Shown in pieces: positions 58,337-64,000 of a stretch of DNA of 64,000 nt (position 1 is its first letter; the number at the start of each line of letters is the position of its first letter). A model generated the notes under the pieces. The model did not search any database, was not told where the DNA came from, and worked only from the letters and a program-made list of their open reading frames with translations. The DNA lies in the NCBI GenBank assembly GCA_963835405.1, contig CAWIFV010000009.1, positions 221,221-285,220 of the forward strand, in the 5' to 3' direction. Position numbers and translations under genes: made by a program. The DNA comes from an uncultured Actinomycetota bacterium (GTDB lineage Bacteria > Actinomycetota > Actinomycetes > JAFAQI01).

Positions 58337-58429
58337 GACCCCAGGATTCGACTCGGCGAGGGGACGTCCTGCGGCGACGACGGAGAATCTGCGGCGAACA
58401 CCCGGTGAACGACGGCCGCCGTCCTGGAC

Positions 58430-58455
58430 TTGACATGCGTGTGCCACTTTGGCAC
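58430..58455. promoter_or_regulatory. TTGACA hexamer followed by the 15-bp palindrome GTGCCA-CTT-TGGCAC; candidate autoregulated TetR promoter/operator
   Basis: Read directly. It ends 10 nt upstream of ATG 58465, in the divergent region shared with the phosphoesterase gene. Confidence 0.4.
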
Positions 58456-58464
58456 GGTCGTGCC

Positions 58465-59085
58465 ATGACGACGGCGGAGGCCGGTCCCTCACTGCGGGCG
58501 CGACAGGGCGAGCTGGTACGCCGGGCGGTGCTGGACGCCGTGGTCGCCCAGCTGGACGCCATGCCGGTCGACGACATCTCGATGGGTGGCGTCGCTGCGG
58601 CTGCCGGGATCTCACTGCGGACGCTCTACCGCTACTTCCCCGACCGCCCGGCGCTCCTGCACGCCGCCGGTGAGCACCTGTACGAGTCCTTGGGCATTCC
58701 GTTCGAGATCGCCGGCCCGGACGAGGTTTCGGCCAGCTTCCTCGATGCGGCGCGGCGGCTGTCGACACGGCCGAACCTGACGCGCGCGCTGGTGGCGACG
58801 AACGCCGGCCGCACCGCTCGTTCCCCCGCGAGGGCCGAGCGACTGAAGGCCATCCGGATCGCCCTCAGACCCCTGACCGACGGCGTCGGCGACGACAGCG
58901 CGCGCCGCGCGACCGCAGTCATCGCCCACCTGTGCAGCGCCGCCTCGTGGGTGGCGATCTGCGACGACAGCGGACTGGACGACGGCGACGCGCAGCAGGC
59001 GGTGGCATGGGCGATCGACGCCCTCATCGCCGCCCTGCGCTCGGAGCAGGCACCCTCCCGCGGACGCCGCACCGCCCGTCGCTGA
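58465..59085 (+). CDS. TetR-family transcriptional regulator
   Basis: The HTH segment is ISMGGVAAAAGISLRTLYRYFPDRPALL. The ORF is open from 58405. Confidence 0.8.
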   Translation: MTTAEAGPSLRARQGELVRRAVLDAVVAQLDAMPVDDISMGGVAAAAGISLRTLYRYFPDRPALLHAAGEHLYESLGIPFEIAGPDEVSASFLDAARRLSTRPNLTRALVATNAGRTARSPARAERLKAIRIALRPLTDGVGDDSARRATAVIAHLCSAASWVAICDDSGLDDGDAQQAVAWAIDALIAALRSEQAPSRGRRTARR

Positions 59086-59122
59086 CCCTTCCCGTCCCTC
59101 GAGCAACGGAGGAGCATCCCTC

Positions 59123-60034
59123 ATGACCGTCACCGACGAGCCCGTCCGCCCCTCGCAGCCGGAGTTCGCGACGGAGCCCGCCACCAGCCGCGCCTGGTGG
59201 TTCCTCGGCACGCTCGCCGAACTGCGCAACCCGGTCGGTGCGCCGCGCACCCCCACCGTCATCGAGCTCACGGTGCCGGCCGGTGGGTCTCCCCCGCTGC
59301 ACGTCCACGACACGCTCGATGACTCGTTCCTGCTCCTCGCCGGCGAGATGGTGGTCCGCTGCGGTGAGCAGACGCTGGTGGCACGCCCCGGCACCTACGT
59401 GGTGGTGCCGCACGGCGTCGAGCACACGTTCCGGGTGACCAGTGCCGCGCCGGCAAGGCTGCTGCTGGTGCACGGTGACGACAGCTTCCTCTCCTTCATC
59501 GAGGCGCTGGGGTCGCCCACGACCGCGCACCGGCTGCCGCCGCCGGGCGAGTCCGACGTCGACGGTGACACGATCGTTCGCGTCAGTGGCGAGCACGGCG
59601 CCCCGATCGTCGGGCCGTCGCTCGAGGCCGAGGAGGCCCGCCGCCACACCGGCCGGACCGAGCCGGCACTCGGGCCGGTCAACCACGTCGCTCTCACCGT
59701 CGCCGACGTCCGCCGCAGCGAGCGCTGGTACGCAGACGCCCTCGGCCTTGTCCGCATCGACGGCGAGGTGACGGAGAACGGCGCCGGCCATGTCACGCTG
59801 CTGCACCCGGACGGCGGCTGGGTGCTCGCGCTCAGCAGCGGCGAGACGCCGTCACTCCAGCACGTCGCGTTCACCTGCGCCGACCGGGACGCCCTCCTCC
59901 GCTGGCACGAGGCGCTGCCCGGTCGCGGCATCACCCCCGGCTCCCTCACTGACGCGCCGTACGGGTCCGGGTTCGTCGTGCGGGACCCGGACGGCCTCGA
60001 ACTGGAGCTGTTCGCGCCGGCACCGGCTAGGTAG
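59123..60034 (+). CDS. cupin domain fused to a VOC (glyoxalase/bleomycin-resistance/dioxygenase) domain
   Basis: The cupin motifs are GGSPPLHVHDTLDDSF and VVVPHGVEHTF. The C-terminal VOC-like half is VNHVALTVADVRRSERWYADALGL ... GFVVRDPDGLELELF. A GGAGGAG Shine-Dalgarno sequence precedes the start. Confidence 0.7.
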   Translation: MTVTDEPVRPSQPEFATEPATSRAWWFLGTLAELRNPVGAPRTPTVIELTVPAGGSPPLHVHDTLDDSFLLLAGEMVVRCGEQTLVARPGTYVVVPHGVEHTFRVTSAAPARLLLVHGDDSFLSFIEALGSPTTAHRLPPPGESDVDGDTIVRVSGEHGAPIVGPSLEAEEARRHTGRTEPALGPVNHVALTVADVRRSERWYADALGLVRIDGEVTENGAGHVTLLHPDGGWVLALSSGETPSLQHVAFTCADRDALLRWHEALPGRGITPGSLTDAPYGSGFVVRDPDGLELELFAPAPAR

Positions 60035-60096
60035 AAACGAACTGCCCGTGCGAAAGTGGTGGGCAGGCCATCGTCCCGTCCCCACGGAGGTTCCTC

Positions 60097-61197
60097 GTGG
60101 CCAGCACGGACTTCTACGCCACCCCCGTCGAGACCACCGAGCGCTGGCGGTTGGACACCGGCGGTGACACCCGCTTCACCTGGGAGTACGACGACAGCCG
60201 CGGCCGCCTCCTCGCCCTGTACCAGAAGGGCAAGGACAAGCAGTGGGACTCCACGACGCGCATCGACTGGGACCTCGAGATCGACGTCGACAACCCGCTC
60301 GGCATCGGCGAGGTCGCGAACCCACTCATCGGCAGCGACATGTGGCGACGGGCACCGAAGTCGGTGCAGGAGAGCTGGCGGCGGCACCAGATCGCCTGGC
60401 AGTTCAGCCAGTTCCTTCACGGCGAGCAGGGCGCGATGATCACGAGCGCGCGCATCGTCGAGACGGTGCCGGACCTCGACGCGAAGTTCTACGCCGCGAC
60501 GCAGACGATGGACGAGGCCCGGCATGCCGAGACGTATGCGCGGTTCCTGCAGGAGAAGCTCGGGCTGATGTACCCGATCAACGCCAATCTCCAGGCCCTG
60601 CTGCAGGACACGCTGACCGACAGCCGGTGGGACATGCCCTACCTCGGCATGCAGGTGCTCATCGAGGGTCTGGCCCTCGCGGCGTTCGGGCTGATGCGGG
60701 ACATGACCCAGTCGTCGCTGCCCAAGCAGATCCTCGCCTACGTCATGCAGGACGAGGCCCGGCACGTCGCCTTCGGCCGGATCGCGCTGAAGGACTACTA
60801 CGCCGAGCTGTCCGCGGCGGAGAAGGCCGAACGCGAGGAGTTCGTCATCGAGGGCTGCTACCTCATGCGCGACCGGATCCGCAGCGTCGAGGTGTGGGAG
60901 CACCTCGGCTTCGACGTCGACGAATGCCTCGAGCTGACAAAGGTCTCGCCGTACATGCAGATGTTTCAGTCGCACCTGTTCTCGCGCATCGTGCCGATCG
61001 TCAAGGACATCGGGCTGTGGAGCGAGAAGGTGCAGGCGGCCTATCTCGACATGGGCGTGCTCGACATGGCCGGCGTCGACCTCGCGAAGCTCATGGAGGA
61101 CGACGAGAACACCGCCGACCGGATCGAGCAGGAGCATCGAGATCTGCTGACCCGCCAACGCGAGGTCGAGGAGACGATCGCCCTCGGCGCGAGCTGA
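60097..61197 (+). CDS. ferritin-like diiron-carboxylate protein (AurF-like oxygenase superfamily)
   Basis: Two E...DEARH motifs are present (HGEQGA...MDEARHAE and IEGLA...QDEARHVA). An ACGGAGG Shine-Dalgarno sequence precedes GTG 60097. Confidence 0.7.
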   Translation: MASTDFYATPVETTERWRLDTGGDTRFTWEYDDSRGRLLALYQKGKDKQWDSTTRIDWDLEIDVDNPLGIGEVANPLIGSDMWRRAPKSVQESWRRHQIAWQFSQFLHGEQGAMITSARIVETVPDLDAKFYAATQTMDEARHAETYARFLQEKLGLMYPINANLQALLQDTLTDSRWDMPYLGMQVLIEGLALAAFGLMRDMTQSSLPKQILAYVMQDEARHVAFGRIALKDYYAELSAAEKAEREEFVIEGCYLMRDRIRSVEVWEHLGFDVDECLELTKVSPYMQMFQSHLFSRIVPIVKDIGLWSEKVQAAYLDMGVLDMAGVDLAKLMEDDENTADRIEQEHRDLLTRQREVEETIALGAS

Positions 61198-61222
61198 GAC
61201 AGGCGGCGCGAAGAATGCAGGC

Positions 61223-61684
61223 GTGAACTGGTCCACGTGCACGCGCAGCGGCCAGCGACACTGGGGCCGCAACGGCGCCGCCGGCCTGCTGGTCTCGGTG
61301 CGCGACGGCGAGCGCATCTATGTCCTGCTGGACGAGCGGGCGCACTGGGTGCACCACGGCGGGACCTTCGGCGTTCCCGGCGGGGCGATCCACAGGGGTG
61401 AGAGCCCGCTCGACGCGGCGCTGCGCGAGGCGGCCGAGGAGGTCGCCGGTCTCGACGCCCGGCAGCTGGACGTCATCCGAACCCACGTGCAACGGTGCGC
61501 CGACTGCGCACGCTGGTCCTACACGACCTTCCTCGCGCTGCTGCCGACTCGCGTCGACGCCGCGGCGTGCTCGTTCGAAAGCCGGGCAGTGCACTGGGTC
61601 GACGTCGAGGACGTCTCCGGGCTGCCGCTGCACCCTGGATTCGCATCGGCCTGGCCGACGCTGCGCCAAACGCTCACGCCATGA
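61223..61684 (+). CDS. NUDIX hydrolase
   Basis: The Nudix box is GGAIHRGESPLDAALREAAEEVAG. The start codon is uncertain. Confidence 0.75.
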   Translation: MNWSTCTRSGQRHWGRNGAAGLLVSVRDGERIYVLLDERAHWVHHGGTFGVPGGAIHRGESPLDAALREAAEEVAGLDARQLDVIRTHVQRCADCARWSYTTFLALLPTRVDAAACSFESRAVHWVDVEDVSGLPLHPGFASAWPTLRQTLTP

Positions 61685-61750
61685 AGCTGCCGGACTCGCC
61701 CCGGCTGACGGCGTCGCAGGGGTGACGTGATGGGGCACCTGGTCGGCCGA

Positions 61751-64000
61751 TCAGCCTGCTTGCTCCTCCAACCGCTCCACGCCCTGCTGCCAGCCGCCCG
61801 CGCGCGCCTTCGACAGCGCCTCCCGCGCCAGCGTGACTGCTGACGACGATCCTCGGGCGCGGGCGAGCTCGACCTCGGCGAGCCGCGCCTCGTAGTGCGC
61901 CAGCGGCGGCCCGGTCGACAGCGCGCGCGACACCATCGGCTCGGCGGCGTCCAGCTCGCCTTGCCGGGCCAGGACCGAGGCAATCCGCGACGCCGCCCAC
62001 GAGGCGAACAGGTCCAGGTGCTCGGACAGGGCGAGCGACGAGCGGTAGGCGGCGAGCGCCGCGCCGAGGTCGCCGCCCGCCTCGGCCGCGATCCCCACCG
62101 CCCGCCATCCAGTCGCCGTCCAACCGCGGTGCCCGATCCGCGTCGCGGTCGCGAGAGCTTCCTTGGCATACGACGACGACTCCTCCGACCGCCCTGAGGC
62201 AGCCGCGGCCTCGGCGCAGTGCCAGAGCGCGTACGCCTCTCCCTCCGGGTAGCCGAGCTGGCGCGCGAGTTCCAAGGCGGCCAGGGAGAGTGCCAGGCCT
62301 TCGACCGGCCGACCGGCGAAGACCAGTGCGTGTCCGCTCGTCGACCGCGGCGTGACCACCCGCAACAACTCGCCGGAGTCCTCGAACCGGTCGCCCGATC
62401 GGCGCAGCTCCTCAATGCCTCCACGGATGTCGCCGCCCAGGAAGCGCGCCATGGCTCGCGCATCGAGCACGCGGGCGACACCGCGGGCGTCGCCCAGGCC
62501 CCGGTAGCGCGCGAGCGCTTCGGCAGAGCGTGCGGCCGAGCGTTCCGGCCGGGCGAGGTTCATGTCGAGGACGGAGGCCACTTCGAGCGCCTGCGCCTCG
62601 GCGCTGGGGTCCGCGCCCGCCTCGACGATCGCCAACTCGGCCAGTTCGGCCGCCCGGACCAGGTCGTCGGCTCCCGACGCCACCATGGCCAGCGCGCCCA
62701 ACAGCCGGGCCCGGTCGGGTCCCGTCGGCTGTGCGCCCAATGCGACCCGCAAGTCCTCGCGGGCACCCGGGATGTCGCCGATCCGGGCGCGGGCCCCGCC
62801 GCGCACCTCCCGCAGCCGCGCCTCGAGCGAGCTGTCGGTGGCGAGCGCCAGACCCTCGTCCACCAACCCGATCGCCTCCTCGTGCGCGAACGATTCGAGC
62901 GCCCGAACGGCCGCCGCGGCGTACGCCGTCGCGGCACGGCCGCCGTCGCCCGCCCCGCGCCAGTGCCGCGCGACCTCTGCCGCGTCGGCGTGAACGCGCT
63001 CCAGGGCGGCGGCCAGCCGGCCGTGCAAGGCGGCCCGATGCTCGGCGGGCATCCGGCTCACGAGCGCCTCGGTGACCATGTCGTGCGCCGTGGCCCAGCC
63101 CAGATCGCCGGGCCGGACCAACCCGTCATGGGCCAGCCTCGTCAACCCGTCGAGTACACCGGTCTCGTCCGCCCCAGCCGCCTCCGCAACAACGCTCGAC
63201 GGCGTCTCGCGGCCGAGCAGGGCCAAGCACTCGAGCAGCGTGCGCACCTCGGCCGGTTGGGCGTCGGCGCGACGGCCGATGGCGCGTTCCTTGCCCGCCC
63301 GACCGAGCTCGCCGGCCCGGGCAACGACGGACGGGTCGATCGGCTCCCATCGCTCCCCGCCCGGGCGTACGACGAGCCCCTCGGCCGCCAACGCACGCAG
63401 GACCTCGCCCACCGCCAGCGGCGTACCGTCCGTGTCCGCCGCCAGCGTCACGGCCAGGCCGCGGTCGTCAACCAGTGCTCCGATCTGCTGTGCGTCGAAC
63501 TCCCGCAGCCGCAGCCGGAGGTTCACCGGCAACCTGCCCAACAACTCCCTGACCGCGTCGGCATCGGCCAGCTCCTCCGGACGCACCGCCAGCACCAGGC
63601 GCAGCGCCGCCAGCCGCGCACGTCCTGCCTCGAGCATGGCGAGGCTGGACGGATCGGCCCACTGCAGGTCGTCGACCGCGACCACGGCTCCGGCTGCGTC
63701 CAGCAGCCGCAGCGCGGCCTCTCGCACCAGCGCGCGCCGGCTCTCCGGATCGACGGGACCAGGAGCCGGTTCGAGCTCCGGCAGCACCGTTGCCATCGCG
63801 CCGCGGAGCGGCGTGGGCAGCCGATCGGCGAACGTCGCGTCGACGGCCAGCAGCTCCCGTAGCAACGTCCGGGCCAGGCTCCACGGCTCGGTGCGCTCCG
63901 CCAGGTAGGCGCGGACGACGAGCGTGGGCGTACGACGTGCGAGCACTGACAACAACCGCGACTTGCCGACCCCCGACACGCCTTCCAGCACCACCGTCGC
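61751..64000 (-). CDS. large ATPase-TPR (STAND/LAL-like) regulator; the N-terminus lies outside the window
   Basis: A P-loop lies at the window edge (LEGVSGVGKSRL), followed by more than 600 aa of Ala/Leu/Arg-rich TPR-like helical repeats. No C-terminal HTH is evident. Confidence 0.7.
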   Translation of the reverse strand, partial: ATVVLEGVSGVGKSRLLSVLARRTPTLVVRAYLAERTEPWSLARTLLRELLAVDATFADRLPTPLRGAMATVLPELEPAPGPVDPESRRALVREAALRLLDAAGAVVAVDDLQWADPSSLAMLEAGRARLAALRLVLAVRPEELADADAVRELLGRLPVNLRLRLREFDAQQIGALVDDRGLAVTLAADTDGTPLAVGEVLRALAAEGLVVRPGGERWEPIDPSVVARAGELGRAGKERAIGRRADAQPAEVRTLLECLALLGRETPSSVVAEAAGADETGVLDGLTRLAHDGLVRPGDLGWATAHDMVTEALVSRMPAEHRAALHGRLAAALERVHADAAEVARHWRGAGDGGRAATAYAAAAVRALESFAHEEAIGLVDEGLALATDSSLEARLREVRGGARARIGDIPGAREDLRVALGAQPTGPDRARLLGALAMVASGADDLVRAAELAELAIVEAGADPSAEAQALEVASVLDMNLARPERSAARSAEALARYRGLGDARGVARVLDARAMARFLGGDIRGGIEELRRSGDRFEDSGELLRVVTPRSTSGHALVFAGRPVEGLALSLAALELARQLGYPEGEAYALWHCAEAAAASGRSEESSSYAKEALATATRIGHRGWTATGWRAVGIAAEAGGDLGAALAAYRSSLALSEHLDLFASWAASRIASVLARQGELDAAEPMVSRALSTGPPLAHYEARLAEVELARARGSSSAVTLAREALSKARAGGWQQGVERLEEQAG

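Overview
This is a high-GC, actinobacterial-type chromosomal segment, densely coding, with many 4-nt start/stop overlaps (ATGA, GTGA, TTGA). I saw no rRNA, tRNA, CRISPR array, transposase or integrase.

Gene content in order:
- 1-9.1 kb: a catabolic cluster with Rieske dioxygenase alpha (partial) and beta subunits, an acyl-CoA ligase, two acyl-CoA dehydrogenases, an enoyl-CoA hydratase, an FAD oxidoreductase, a Rieske ferredoxin and a ferredoxin reductase.
- 9.1-15.8 kb: a Liv-type ABC importer operon with unusual architecture.
- 15.9-22.5 kb: a GlcG-like protein, a Rieske oxygenase, a GAF-EAL protein, an FAD oxidoreductase, a zinc-finger receiver protein and membrane proteins.
- 33.1 down to 22.2 kb: one long minus-strand gene string of GH3 beta-glucosidase, TetR, serine hydrolase, acyl-CoA synthetase, lipoprotein, PucR-like regulator, serine hydrolase and esterase.
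- 33.2-43.9 kb: lipoprotein, PhyH dioxygenase, SDR, SCP-x thiolase, lipoprotein, LacI, esterase, lipoprotein, esterase.
- 44-47.2 kb: a DUF2786 protein, a methyltransferase and an MFS transporter.
- 47.6-49.6 kb: an AT-richer islet with two secreted or anchored proteins of unknown function.
- 49.9-64 kb: FAD monooxygenase, secreted alpha/beta hydrolase, GNAT, PAS-GAF-PP2C phosphatase, M23 peptidase, phosphoesterase, TetR, cupin-VOC, diiron protein, NUDIX and a partial ATPase-TPR regulator.

Most notable observations:
1. A 28-bp dyad, CGGTAC-N16-GTACCG, occurs three times at promoter-proximal sites around the TetR gene.
2. Four paralogous Cys-rich binding-protein-like lipoproteins have no adjacent permease genes and are interleaved with hydrolase genes.
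3. The AT-richer two-gene islet encodes secreted proteins of unknown function.
4. About 20 single-base frame changes, mostly in G/C homopolymers, are concentrated in a subset of catabolic genes. These are either real pseudogenes or assembly errors, and the sequence alone cannot decide which.
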